Below are positions 47,614-57,361 of a stretch of DNA of 64,000 bases, one piece after another. A model generated the notes under the pieces. The model saw nothing but the letters and a program-made list of their open reading frames with translations, had not been told where the DNA came from and ran no database searches. The DNA lies in NCBI GenBank assembly GCA_045606105.1, contig JAZURI010000002.1:64001-128000 (forward strand), given 5' to 3'. A program made the position numbers and the translations under genes. Every line of letters begins with the position of its first letter. Position 1 is the first letter of the stretch. This DNA comes from Spirochaetia bacterium. Lineage in GTDB: Bacteria; Spirochaetota; Spirochaetia; CADAEX01.

Positions 47614-50168
47614 TGGAAAGTACTACAGATACCCCTGCGGTCAGACAATACAGAAGAATCAAAAGCGCCCATCCCGATGCCATTCTTTTTTTCAGAATGG
47701 GTGATTTCTATGAAATGTTTGACTCTGATGCCAGGGAAGCCAGTGCCATTCTTGATCTCGTCCTTACCAAAAGGGCCCAGCTCCCCATGTGCGGTATTCC
47801 GTTTCACGCTGCACCGGCCTATATCGGTCGTCTTCTCAAGGAGGGGCGGAAGGTAGCTATCTGTGAGCAGATAGGTACTCCTCAGAAGGGCTGCAAGGTC
47901 ATGGAGAGGGAAGTAACGGAAATAATCAGCCCCGGTACAGCCGTGGTAGAGGATTATCTCGACAAGAACAGCAACAATTATCTTTTTGCCGTGGGCAGGA
48001 CCGGTTCAACATATTCCCTTTCATATCTCGATCTTTCTACCGGCGAATTCTGTGCAGCCGGTTTCGGAGAATCTGAAAAGTTTGAATTTTTCAGAAAGGA
48101 ACTTTACCGCCTGATGCCGGGAGAAATCCTTATTCAGGAATCTCTCTGTTCCGAGGACAGTGATATAGCCTCCATTCTTGACAATTACAAAAAAGTTATC
48201 ATAAACCGGTTTCCGGACTGGCAGTTCGATCTTGAAAACTCAATACAGGCACTCAGGACCCAGTTCAATGTGATAAACCTCAAGGGATTCGGTTTCGAGG
48301 ACAATGCTCCGGAGCTTTTGTCTGCCGGCGTGATTCTCAACTATATCCATGAAACCTCAAAATCCATGCTGCCTCATATTACCGGTATAACCAGGTTCGA
48401 TTCCTCCGGATATATGTACCTTGATGAATCATCATTAAGGAATCTTGAAATACTGAGAAATATCCAGGACGGAAGCTCAAGGTATTCCCTTATAGAGGTT
48501 CTGGATCATACCAAAACGGCAGGGGGAAGCCGGAAGATGAAGCAATGGCTTACATCACCTCTGGTCTCTATAAAAGATATCAGGAAAAGACAGGATTCGG
48601 TAGATATCTTCTACAGAAACCAGCTCCTTCTTTCAACAGTCAGAAGCAGACTTTCCGGAATCCTTGATATGGAAAGAATCTGTGCCAAGACAGCCATGAA
48701 CAAATCCAATGCCAGGGATATGGAAGGCCTCAGGAACTCCTTTGAAAGATGTGCCGAAATCATGGAGCTGCTGGAGGAATACGGTTTTTTCAGCCCTGCC
48801 CACAGGGAGCATATAATTTCGCTTCGTGATTATCTGGAAAAAACCATTGCCGACAATCCCCCTGTGGTCATCAACGAGGGAGGGATGATAAAGGAAGGCT
48901 ACAACAGCGAACTGGACCATCTGCGCAATCTCAGGGACAACAGCCAGGCTATACTGGATGCATATATGGAAGATGAAAGAACAGCCTGTAACATTCCGAA
49001 CCTGAAGCTCAGATACAACAAGATTATCGGATATTTCATAGAGGTAACAAAATCCTATCTTTCCCAGGTACCGTCCCATTATATCAGAAAGCAATCCACA
49101 TTGAACAGCGAACGCTTTACTACGGAAAGACTTACAGAGCTTGAAACAGAGCTTAACACGGCATATGAAAAAATCATCACCCTGGAAAGGGAGCTTTTTA
49201 ACGAAATAAGGGACAGAATAAAGGAAGAAATCAGGTTTATCATTGATGTGGCAGGACGCATTTCAGAAACCGACTGTATTCAGTCCTTTGCCCATGCAGC
49301 CACAGTAAACGGATATATCAAGCCTGTAATCAACAGCAGCAGCTCTGTCAGCATCAAGGGTGGAAGACATCCGGTTGTTGAGGTCAATCTTCCTCCGGGA
49401 GAATTTATTTCCAATGATTTTTCCCTTCAGAGCGGCAAACAGAACCTGCTTATGCTTACCGGTCCCAACATGGCGGGAAAATCCACATTCCTAAGACAGA
49501 ATGCCATTATCGTCCTTATGGCACAGACAGGAAGCTTTGTACCGGCAGAGGAGGCTGAAATAGGGGTGGTGGACAAGATATTCTGCAGGGTAGGAGCCTC
49601 TGACAATCTGGCCAGGGGAGAATCGACCTTTCTTGTGGAAATGTCTGAAACAGCCAATATTCTCAGAGGAGCCACCCAGAACAGCTTTGTGATAATGGAT
49701 GAGGTAGGAAGAGGAACGGGAACCAATGACGGCCTTTCCATAGCCTGGAGCATCTGCGAATACCTGACCTGCAGACTGAAGGCCAAAACCATTTTTGCAA
49801 CCCATTACCATGAGCTTACCGCCATGGAAAACAGCAATATCGTAAACATGTCCATGAATGCCACCGAAGAAAACGGCAGACTTGTATTCCTTAAAAAGAT
49901 AAAACAGGGAGCTGCAAACCGTTCCTACGGAATCCATGTGGCCGAGCTGGCCGGAATACCTTACGAAATAATCCTCAGAGCCAAGGAGCTTATGAAAGGG
50001 CTGGAAAAAAAGGAGATGAAAATCCCTGAATGCCGGACTGAGGAACCGGAGCTGTTTTCACCGGCCCAGCTTCTGGAAAGCGAGATTCTTTCCGCCGACC
50101 TTAACAACATGACACCTATGCAGGCCCTCAGCTTTTTATCCGAGCTGCAGAAGCGACTGACACAATAG
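47613..50168 (+). CDS. mutS: DNA mismatch repair protein MutS
   Basis: FFRMGDFYEMF, GRHPVVE, TGPNMAGKST, GESTFLVEM, DEVGRGT and SYGIHVA. The ATG overlaps the skp stop (TAATG). Confidence 0.97.
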   Translation: MESTTDTPAVRQYRRIKSAHPDAILFFRMGDFYEMFDSDAREASAILDLVLTKRAQLPMCGIPFHAAPAYIGRLLKEGRKVAICEQIGTPQKGCKVMEREVTEIISPGTAVVEDYLDKNSNNYLFAVGRTGSTYSLSYLDLSTGEFCAAGFGESEKFEFFRKELYRLMPGEILIQESLCSEDSDIASILDNYKKVIINRFPDWQFDLENSIQALRTQFNVINLKGFGFEDNAPELLSAGVILNYIHETSKSMLPHITGITRFDSSGYMYLDESSLRNLEILRNIQDGSSRYSLIEVLDHTKTAGGSRKMKQWLTSPLVSIKDIRKRQDSVDIFYRNQLLLSTVRSRLSGILDMERICAKTAMNKSNARDMEGLRNSFERCAEIMELLEEYGFFSPAHREHIISLRDYLEKTIADNPPVVINEGGMIKEGYNSELDHLRNLRDNSQAILDAYMEDERTACNIPNLKLRYNKIIGYFIEVTKSYLSQVPSHYIRKQSTLNSERFTTERLTELETELNTAYEKIITLERELFNEIRDRIKEEIRFIIDVAGRISETDCIQSFAHAATVNGYIKPVINSSSSVSIKGGRHPVVEVNLPPGEFISNDFSLQSGKQNLLMLTGPNMAGKSTFLRQNAIIVLMAQTGSFVPAEEAEIGVVDKIFCRVGASDNLARGESTFLVEMSETANILRGATQNSFVIMDEVGRGTGTNDGLSIAWSICEYLTCRLKAKTIFATHYHELTAMENSNIVNMSMNATEENGRLVFLKKIKQGAANRSYGIHVAELAGIPYEIILRAKELMKGLEKKEMKIPECRTEEPELFSPAQLLESEILSADLNNMTPMQALSFLSELQKRLTQ

Positions 50169-50228
50169 TGCGACTTTTTTTTATAGATTTCATTACTTTT
50201 TTTTAATTTTTTTTATTATCATTATTCT

Positions 50229-50615
50229 ATGACTAAGAATGACATTATTGAATTATGCAGAAAAGAGCAGTGGGATGAGCTTAAAAAAGCTTCTGAAAAC
50301 AGAAAAGAACTTAATGCATCCGATTCCTATGGCATGACACCCCTCATGCATGCGGCTTGGAAAAGCAATGATGCAGAACTGGTGGAAACCCTTTTGAAAA
50401 ACGGAGCTGAAATAGATGCCGTAAGCACCAACGGTATGACAGCCCTTATGTTTGCTGCCTGGAGAAGCAGCAACCCCGAACTGGTTTCCACACTTATCAG
50501 AAACGGAGCAGACATCAATGCCAGAGACAGTAACGGCATGACCCCGATCATGTATGCCTCCGGAGACAGCACCAGGGAAGAAATCGTAAAGATTCTCCTT
50601 GAAGCAAGAAAATAA
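50229..50615 (+). CDS. Small ankyrin-repeat protein
   Basis: Three repeats at 34-aa spacing (GMTPLMHAA, GMTALMFAA, GMTPIMYAS). Confidence 0.88.
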   Translation: MTKNDIIELCRKEQWDELKKASENRKELNASDSYGMTPLMHAAWKSNDAELVETLLKNGAEIDAVSTNGMTALMFAAWRSSNPELVSTLIRNGADINARDSNGMTPIMYASGDSTREEIVKILLEARK

Positions 50616-50673
50616 ACCCCAAAACCCCTACACAGACCTTTGAAACAACATTTATTGATTTGAAATGCTGATT

Positions 50674-50693
50674 AAACAGGTCACTCCTGTTTT
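50674..50693. terminator. Probable bidirectional intrinsic terminator
   Basis: AAACAGG-TCACT-CCTGTTT(T) hairpin at the convergent junction, overlapping the downstream gene's stop. Confidence 0.5.
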
Positions 50694-51442
50694 ACCAGCT
50701 GCAGGAACATCAGCATATAGTGCTGTATGTCGTTGAAGTACTTTTTCTGAAAGGCGGCACCGGCAGGGGTCACATAGCGGAAATGCCAGCATTCCCAGCT
50801 GTAGCCTGTCAATTCCTCGTATCCCTTCGGAAAGGAGAGGGAGAATCCGTATTTTCCGGCATTTTCCCTCAGCCATTTTTCTTCCGCCGTATTATAGAAG
50901 CTGTCATCCACTGAGCCGAAATCCACCACGGTACCCAGCTGATGCTGGGATGATCCCGGAGGTGCGGAGAACTTATCGGTCTCTTCCTTTCCGTAAACAG
51001 AAATGTAATAGTTATAGAGACCGGTCTGGTATCTGTAGCTTCTGTAGGCAGAGGAGACCATTATATCCAGTCCCGCCTTCCTTGCATCGGCCAGCATTTT
51101 CTTCAGGGCATTGAATGCAGTCTCTTCCAGCTGCATCCCTTTCTTGTTGACCTTGATTCCGGTATCATCCAGTGAAACCAGGATTCCCGGATTATAGTCC
51201 TTATCCAGCAGATTCTTCTTGTCGGCCACAACAAAGAGCCTCTCATCCTCCTGTTCCACCAGCAAAAGATCTCTCTTGAAATCCTCCATGTTATCCAGGA
51301 TACTGTTCCTGATATCTGCAGGAAAGCCGTTGAAAAACAGGGCATCCACTATCCTGTCATCGTCAGGATCGGCAGGACAGCCGAATACAGCAACAAGAGT
51401 AAAAAATAAAAATGTAACTGCCCGTTTAAAAAATAAGTTCAA
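50681..51442 (-). CDS. M15B (VanY-like) D-Ala-D-Ala carboxypeptidase, probable lipoprotein
   Basis: Lipobox-like AVFGC, SAYRS, SAPPGSSQHQLG.VVD and WECWH. Confidence 0.88.
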   Translation of the reverse strand: MNLFFKRAVTFLFFTLVAVFGCPADPDDDRIVDALFFNGFPADIRNSILDNMEDFKRDLLLVEQEDERLFVVADKKNLLDKDYNPGILVSLDDTGIKVNKKGMQLEETAFNALKKMLADARKAGLDIMVSSAYRSYRYQTGLYNYYISVYGKEETDKFSAPPGSSQHQLGTVVDFGSVDDSFYNTAEEKWLRENAGKYGFSLSFPKGYEELTGYSWECWHFRYVTPAGAAFQKKYFNDIQHYMLMFLQLVKQE

Positions 51443-53783
51443 TTACCTCTTCCATTCTGCTTACCGGATGGAATACAATTCCTTTCTTCACATAAGCAGG
51501 AATTTCCTCCAGATCCTTTTCATTCTGTTTCGGAATGATGATATGCTTTATCATGTTCCTTCTGGCTGCAATGGTCTTCTCCTTAAGGCCTCCGATAGGG
51601 AGAACAGCTCCTGTAAGAGAAAGCTCTCCGGTCATTGCAAAATCCTTCTTTATCTTCCTGTTCCTGATAAGGGAAAGAACTGCACTGGCCATGGTGATAC
51701 CTGCTGAAGGGCCGTCCTTTGGAGTCGCCCCCTCCGGAATATGGAGATGATACTGATAATCCTCAAACGCACTGCGGTCTATTCCGAACCTCTCTGCAAT
51801 GGTCCGTACATATGTAAAGGCTATGTTTGCCGATTCCTTCATTACATCACCCATCTGACCTGTAAGCCTGAAGCCCTCTTTTCCCGGCATTCTTGCAGTT
51901 TCTATCATCAGGGTATCCCCTCCGAAATTGGTCCATGCAAGGCCTACAACCATTCCGGGTCCTGTCGGAACCTTGATTTCGTCCGGTGCAAACCGAGGCT
52001 TGCCCAGGTATTTTTCCAGCTTGTCGGAAGTAATGATGAACGGATATTCCCGCTTGTCCATAACCAGCTCCCTGGCCAGCTTCCTGTTTATCTTGTCCAG
52101 TGCCTTTTCCAGATTTCTGACACCAGATTCACGCACATAATTTTCGGCAATGACAGAAAGGGTATCTCCCTTGTAAAAAACCTGCTCCTTGTCCAGTCCG
52201 TTGGCCTCAAGGCTTTTCGGCAGCAGATAACGCTCGGCAATCTTTACCTTTTCCTGCTTGATATATCCCGCAATCCTGATAATTTCCATTCTGTCCAGAA
52301 GCGGGGTAGGAATGGTATCAAGGGAGTTTGCGGTAGTGATGAACATGACATTTGAAATATCAAAAGGGAGATCCAGATAATGGTCCCTGAAGGAAACATT
52401 CTGCTCCGGATCCAGAACCTCAAGAAGAGCCGATGACGGATCGCCCTGATAAGAGGAGCCCAGCTTGTCAATTTCATCAATCATGAAAACCGGATTGCTG
52501 GTCTTGCAGATTTTGAGTCCCTGAAGAATTTTTCCCGGCATGGCGCCGATATATGTCCTTCTGTGTCCCTTGATTTCTGCCTCATCCTTCATTCCGCCCA
52601 CGGAAAAACGGAAAAATTCCCTGTTCATGGCCTTGGCTACAGACCTTCCCACAGAGGTCTTACCCACACCCGGAGGGCCCACAAGACAGATAATGGAGCC
52701 TTTTGAATCCTTTTTCAGCTTCTTTACCGAAAGATATTCAATGATCCTTTCCTTCACATCCTCCAGACCGTAATGATCCCTGGAGAGAATTGCCTTTGCC
52801 TTCCTGATATCCAGCTTGTCATCCGAAAACCTGTTCCACGGAAGATTTATTATGGTGGAAAGGTAGTTTCTTGTAACACCGAATTCAGGGGAGTGAGGAT
52901 CCATCATGGAAAATTTCTGAAGCTCCTGCTCCACGGCTTCCTTTACCTCGCCGGTAAAACCGAACTTTCTTACAGCCTCACGGAAGCGGTTGTAATCGCT
53001 GTCCTTGGAATCGGCCGGAAGCCCCAGCTCCTTCTTTATGGCCTTAAGCTCTTCCCGGAGAAAGTAGACTCTCTGACTTTTTTCAATCTTTTCATTTATC
53101 TGCTTCTGGATTTTTTTCTGGATACGGAGAAGCTCCTGCTCCTTCTTGATGAAAACCAGAACCTTTTCCATTCTTTTCCTGATATTCAGTGTCTCAAGGA
53201 TTTTCTGCTGTTCCTTCTTGTCAATGTTGAGAATGGAAGCAACGAAATCGGCAATCTTTCCCGGCTGGTCGATATTGACCATGTTGAGACGCATCTCTTC
53301 GGTAAAAAGGGGATTGTTTTCGGAAACCTGCTTCATTTCGGAAAGGATAGCCTGAGTCAGGGCCTTGATTTCCGCAGAGCCTGAACGCTCCTTCCTGTCC
53401 TCCAGATATTCAACCTCTACCGCAAGAGGAGCCCGCTTTGTAAGAGCCTCCTTGATCCTGAAACGCTTCAGGGTAGATACAAATATGTTCAATCCGCCGT
53501 CAGGCAGGTTTATCTTCTTGACTATCTTGGCTGCTGTTCCCACTGTATAAAGATCGTCGGGTGTCACAGGTGCATTGCTGTCAGTTTCATCATCCCTCAG
53601 AAGGACAAGACCCAGCATACCGCCGTTTTTAGCCATTGCTTTCTCAACAGCCGACAGATCCTGCGGTGAAACAATCATAAGTGGGGTCAGAATCCCGGGA
53701 TAAATAGGTTTTCCGGCAAGAGGTACGATATAAAGCTTATCCGGAAGCATTTCCTCCAGGGTTGCCAGTTCTTTTTCGCCCAA
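51426..53783 (-). CDS. lon: ATP-dependent protease Lon
   Basis: LON N-domain, GPPGVGKT, GHRRTYIGAMPG, PKDGPSAG and IGGLKEK. SD AAAGGAG. Confidence 0.96.
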   Translation of the reverse strand: MGEKELATLEEMLPDKLYIVPLAGKPIYPGILTPLMIVSPQDLSAVEKAMAKNGGMLGLVLLRDDETDSNAPVTPDDLYTVGTAAKIVKKINLPDGGLNIFVSTLKRFRIKEALTKRAPLAVEVEYLEDRKERSGSAEIKALTQAILSEMKQVSENNPLFTEEMRLNMVNIDQPGKIADFVASILNIDKKEQQKILETLNIRKRMEKVLVFIKKEQELLRIQKKIQKQINEKIEKSQRVYFLREELKAIKKELGLPADSKDSDYNRFREAVRKFGFTGEVKEAVEQELQKFSMMDPHSPEFGVTRNYLSTIINLPWNRFSDDKLDIRKAKAILSRDHYGLEDVKERIIEYLSVKKLKKDSKGSIICLVGPPGVGKTSVGRSVAKAMNREFFRFSVGGMKDEAEIKGHRRTYIGAMPGKILQGLKICKTSNPVFMIDEIDKLGSSYQGDPSSALLEVLDPEQNVSFRDHYLDLPFDISNVMFITTANSLDTIPTPLLDRMEIIRIAGYIKQEKVKIAERYLLPKSLEANGLDKEQVFYKGDTLSVIAENYVRESGVRNLEKALDKINRKLARELVMDKREYPFIITSDKLEKYLGKPRFAPDEIKVPTGPGMVVGLAWTNFGGDTLMIETARMPGKEGFRLTGQMGDVMKESANIAFTYVRTIAERFGIDRSAFEDYQYHLHIPEGATPKDGPSAGITMASAVLSLIRNRKIKKDFAMTGELSLTGAVLPIGGLKEKTIAARRNMIKHIIIPKQNEKDLEEIPAYVKKGIVFHPVSRMEEVIELIF

Positions 53784-53810
53784 TATAAAACTCCTTTGCT
53801 ATACTATATT

Positions 53811-53838
53811 ATTATAAAATAAATATTACAAATGTCAA
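53811..53838 (-). promoter_or_regulatory. Consensus sigma70 promoter of lon
   Basis: TTGACA-16-TATAAT on the minus strand. Confidence 0.65.
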
Positions 53839-53852
53839 AAGTCAAGTACAGA

Positions 53853-55700
53853 TTATTTTCCTGTAACCCTGAAATGGGATGACATTGTAACGGGATCGGC
53901 CGATGTACATTCAATACGGACCTTTTCTCCCAGTGCCAGACGGAAACGGCCGCTGAGCTTGAATTCATAGGCCAGTTCAGGTATCAGCATCACATTCCTG
54001 TCCTCGGTATGAGCCACGCATACTGCTTCTCCCTTCCAGTTTCCCTCATGGTTCTTAAGGTAAACAAGGGTCCAGTACTCCTTGCACTGTCTTTCCAGTT
54101 TTGCACGGCCCGAAGCTGCCGGGGCGGCACAGATAATCCTTTCATTTATCTCCGCGGCAGAGAGAAGCTCCTCTCCGGCTATGAAACGCCTGAGCTGTAT
54201 GTGGGAAAGCAGATCCTCATAACGCCTCATGGGGCTGGTTACCCTGACATACGGCTCCAGTCCAAGACCGGCATGAAGACCGGGAATCACCGACAGGTTG
54301 CTGGTCCTGCAGTTTCTTCTCAGCTCATACATACCGTAAATGGTATCGGGACGCTCGGTCATTTCCGGCTCCTCCTGAACGGCATAGGGAAGGGCAATAT
54401 GGTTTTCGGCAGCATAGACGGCAACAGCATGACCTGCCGCTATCATTGCATTGGCCACCATCTCCCTGACCTCGGAAAAACCGGTCTGCTTGATACTGAT
54501 GCTTCTTTCGGGAATATTTACCCTCAGTCCTGTTTCAGGAAGCCTTATCATTACAGCCCTGTTACGGATACGGAGATCACGGAACCGCCATACAGCCTCT
54601 GCACAGGGGGCAAATTCCTCGGAATCCATGAGAGCCCCGGCTTCATCATAGTTCATTCTGGTAACCCGGACCCTGCTCAGGGTCATCCTTTCAAGGCTGG
54701 GCTTTCCGGACTCATCTATACGGATACCGAAACTGAGGGCCGGAGATATTTCATTAAGTCCCAGGCCGAAGATTCCAACCGATTCGGCAGGGAGCATTAC
54801 AGTTACCCCTTCGGGAAGATACAGCGTACAACCCAGCTCCATGGCAAAGGCTTCGAGCCCGCTTCCTGCCCTGACTACGGAAGAGGGATCCGCAACATGT
54901 ATCCAGACAAGTCCTGTTTCCCGGTCATAGCTGATTGCATCATCAGGGTCCGTACTTCCGATATCATCTATCGCATAAGCAGCCAGATGGGTCAGGTCAG
55001 CTCTTTCCTCATCAGGAACTGTATCGGGAAAAGGGGGATATTCAAGATCAACAGGGATTGAATAACGGCGGGGCCACGGATTGTTGTCAAACTCGTTCCA
55101 TACCCCCAGCCTGGTCAGAAGCCCCTGGGCCTTTTCGGGAAGAACCTCCATATCAAGATCGTGCATCAGCTTGCTGGAGGGACTTTCACCATAGGCCACA
55201 TTTTCGATTTCCCTGAGTCTGGAGCTGTCCTCAGGAACCACCCTGCAGCTTCTTATTCTCTCAAGAAGCTCCGCATGGGCATCCTTTCTTGCATTTTTCA
55301 GCTGCTCCTTCATCTCCCTGGAACGGACATGCTCGGAGGAATTGGCCCTGACACCCGATGAAACAGAACCGCTGAAATAAAAATCGCTGCTGATAAGTTC
55401 TGCAGCGGCAAGGGCACTTGACGGAGAGAAATCCCCGAAAAGAAGCTCTGTGAATTCGGCGAAATCCATGGTCTCGTCACCCATGAGCTCACTGTTTTCA
55501 GCCTGAACCTCGGCAGAGGGAATGTCGGCTGGAGAAGGAACGGAACTGCAGGGTCCCGGATGAACAGGCTCGATATCCTTGAGCCTTACCGATTTTCTGT
55601 CTCCGTTTGCAGTACGGATTGAATACTTGTCACCTGAAATTTCGGTAACAACAGCCCCTTTACCTTTATATAAAACCAGAGAATTGTTGTTTACAGTCAT
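53853..55700 (-). CDS. RNB-domain exoribonuclease (RNase II/R family)
   Basis: AIDDIGSTDPDDAIS, IHVADP, TLYLPE and HAGLGL..Y.RVTSPMRRYEDL. Confidence 0.9.
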   Translation of the reverse strand: MTVNNNSLVLYKGKGAVVTEISGDKYSIRTANGDRKSVRLKDIEPVHPGPCSSVPSPADIPSAEVQAENSELMGDETMDFAEFTELLFGDFSPSSALAAAELISSDFYFSGSVSSGVRANSSEHVRSREMKEQLKNARKDAHAELLERIRSCRVVPEDSSRLREIENVAYGESPSSKLMHDLDMEVLPEKAQGLLTRLGVWNEFDNNPWPRRYSIPVDLEYPPFPDTVPDEERADLTHLAAYAIDDIGSTDPDDAISYDRETGLVWIHVADPSSVVRAGSGLEAFAMELGCTLYLPEGVTVMLPAESVGIFGLGLNEISPALSFGIRIDESGKPSLERMTLSRVRVTRMNYDEAGALMDSEEFAPCAEAVWRFRDLRIRNRAVMIRLPETGLRVNIPERSISIKQTGFSEVREMVANAMIAAGHAVAVYAAENHIALPYAVQEEPEMTERPDTIYGMYELRRNCRTSNLSVIPGLHAGLGLEPYVRVTSPMRRYEDLLSHIQLRRFIAGEELLSAAEINERIICAAPAASGRAKLERQCKEYWTLVYLKNHEGNWKGEAVCVAHTEDRNVMLIPELAYEFKLSGRFRLALGEKVRIECTSADPVTMSSHFRVTGK

Positions 55701-55884
55701 TTAAAAAAAATTAACACCATAAATCCAAACTTTCAAGTCCAATATTAATATAATTATATATATTTAAAGAAACGTTTACGATTTTTAAAAGCATACTATA
55801 AAAATATTGCACTTTTCAAATCTTTTAATGCTTTGCTTAGATAAAACGGAACATATTAAATAAATCCTAAATCCTTTATCCACC

Positions 55885-55913
55885 TTTACATTCCCATAAT
55901 TTTAATCTATAAT
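55885..55913 (+). promoter_or_regulatory. Sigma70 promoter of rpoZ-miaA
   Basis: TTTACA-17-TATAAT; SD AGGAG at 55927-55931. Confidence 0.65.
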
Positions 55914-55941
55914 GACAATGTTATATAGGAGTTTTAAAATC

Positions 55942-56133
55942 ATGATCCCATTGGACAAACTGGAAGAAAACAAGAACAATGTTTACGAGATGACCTGTGC
56001 TGCCATCAAAAGGGCAAAGCAGATTGCAATGACAGGTGATGCTGCTCTCGAGGAAGATGATACAACCAAAATTACTTCTATTTCCCTTAACCAGATTCTT
56101 GTAGGCAAAACCGGCTATAAGATGGAACAGTAG
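55942..56133 (+). CDS. rpoZ: RNA polymerase omega subunit (short spirochaete type)
   Basis: NVYEMTCAAIKRAKQI motif; 63 aa; upstream of miaA. Start reassigned using the SD. Confidence 0.78.
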   Translation: MIPLDKLEENKNNVYEMTCAAIKRAKQIAMTGDAALEEDDTTKITSISLNQILVGKTGYKMEQ

Positions 56134-56135
56134 GC

Positions 56136-57074
56136 TTGAAAGAAGCTGTTCCCGTCATTGTCGTATTCGGTCCCACAGCTGTTGGAAAAACCGAATTTCT
56201 ACTTAATTTCGGAAAAATCGGCGAAATAATTAATCTTGACTCACTTCAGGTTTACCGCTACATGAGTATCGGCACAGCCAAGCCTGATTCTGCTGTTACA
56301 GACATAATACCGCACCATCTCATCGACTGCATCGACCCCGATACGGAATTCTGTGCCGGAGACTTTGTTTCGGAAGCTGACCGTCTCTGCCAAGAGATAT
56401 ATTCCAGGGGAAAGATCCCGGTTCTTTCGGGAGGTACAGGCTTTTTTCTTAAAAACTTCATCTACGGACTGCCTCAGGCGCCCCCTTCGGATCCGGCAAT
56501 CAGGGCAGAACTTCAGAAAAGGGCGGAAACAGAGGGGACCGAAGTACTCAGAACGGAGCTTGAAAAGGGAGATCCCGTTTCCTGGGGCAGGATAAAGGCA
56601 GCAGATACATACCGCATAATAAGGGCCCTGGAGGTACTGTACACATCAGGACAGCCCCTTTCATCCTTCACCCTCAGCAGCCGGCCCAGAAAGGAGTATT
56701 CCTTCTTCCTCATCGGTCTCAACAGGGACAGGGAAGAGCTGTACGACAGGATAAACAGAAGAGTTGATCTCATGTTCGATGCCGGACTTCCCGAAGAGTA
56801 CAAGATGCTGAGAAAAATGGGCTACAATGATTCATCTCCCGGTCTTTCAGCCATCGGCTACAGGGAATTTTCCCTGATGGAAAAGTACGGAAGCTTTACC
56901 CTTGCCGAAATCAGGGAGCTCATAAAGCAGAACTCCCGCAACTATGCAAAAAGACAGCTTACATATTTCAGAGCCCTGGAAAATGTCCGGTGGATAAATC
57001 CCGGAGAATGGGAAACCATAGAAAAGGAAATATTAATTTTTCTTGAACAAAACAGCCATGTAGGTATAAAATAG
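56136..57074 (+). CDS. miaA: tRNA dimethylallyltransferase
   Basis: GPTAVGKT, DSLQVYR.MSIGTAKP, HHLID, GGTG, AIGYRE and YAKRQLT. Confidence 0.96.
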   Translation: MKEAVPVIVVFGPTAVGKTEFLLNFGKIGEIINLDSLQVYRYMSIGTAKPDSAVTDIIPHHLIDCIDPDTEFCAGDFVSEADRLCQEIYSRGKIPVLSGGTGFFLKNFIYGLPQAPPSDPAIRAELQKRAETEGTEVLRTELEKGDPVSWGRIKAADTYRIIRALEVLYTSGQPLSSFTLSSRPRKEYSFFLIGLNRDREELYDRINRRVDLMFDAGLPEEYKMLRKMGYNDSSPGLSAIGYREFSLMEKYGSFTLAEIRELIKQNSRNYAKRQLTYFRALENVRWINPGEWETIEKEILIFLEQNSHVGIK

Positions 57075-57078
57075 ACTC

Positions 57079-57360
57079 ATGTGTTACTTCTGCGGAAAAA
57101 CTTTGGATACAGAAAGGGTTTACAGAGCTTCGGTCTGCTCAGGCTGCGGCAGGGATCTCAGATGCTGCCTCAACTGCAGATACTATTCCAAGGGCTCCTA
57201 CCGGGATTGCCGTGAATCGGTACCGGAAGAGGTAAGAGACAAGGAAAGGGCCAATTTCTGCGAATATTTCTGTTACGAGGAAAAGGAGAAATCCGGTACC
57301 GAAGAGAAAAAGAAACAGGATGCAAGAAATGAATTCCTGAAACTTTTCGGCGGTAATTAG
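57079..57360 (+). CDS. Small Cys-rich, probably metal-binding hypothetical protein
   Basis: CxxC, CxxC, CCxxC and further Cys (10 in 93 aa); DKERANFCEYF. Confidence 0.7.
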   Translation: MCYFCGKTLDTERVYRASVCSGCGRDLRCCLNCRYYSKGSYRDCRESVPEEVRDKERANFCEYFCYEEKEKSGTEEKKKQDARNEFLKLFGGN

Positions 57361-57361
57361 G

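Noticed and set aside
53832-53846. GTCAA direct repeat over the lon -35 as a CtsR box
   Set aside because: Spacing does not match the CtsR heptad arrangement, and there is no CIRCE element.
54009-55061. 350-aa plus-strand ORF
   Set aside because: Lies wholly antisense to the RNase II gene, with no motifs or start signals; a shadow ORF.
55701-55941. AT-rich 240-bp intergenic region with a DnaA-box-like TTATCCACC (55876-55884) as possible oriC or sRNA
   Set aside because: Only one imperfect box, no dnaA context and no stable structure seen; explained by divergent promoters.
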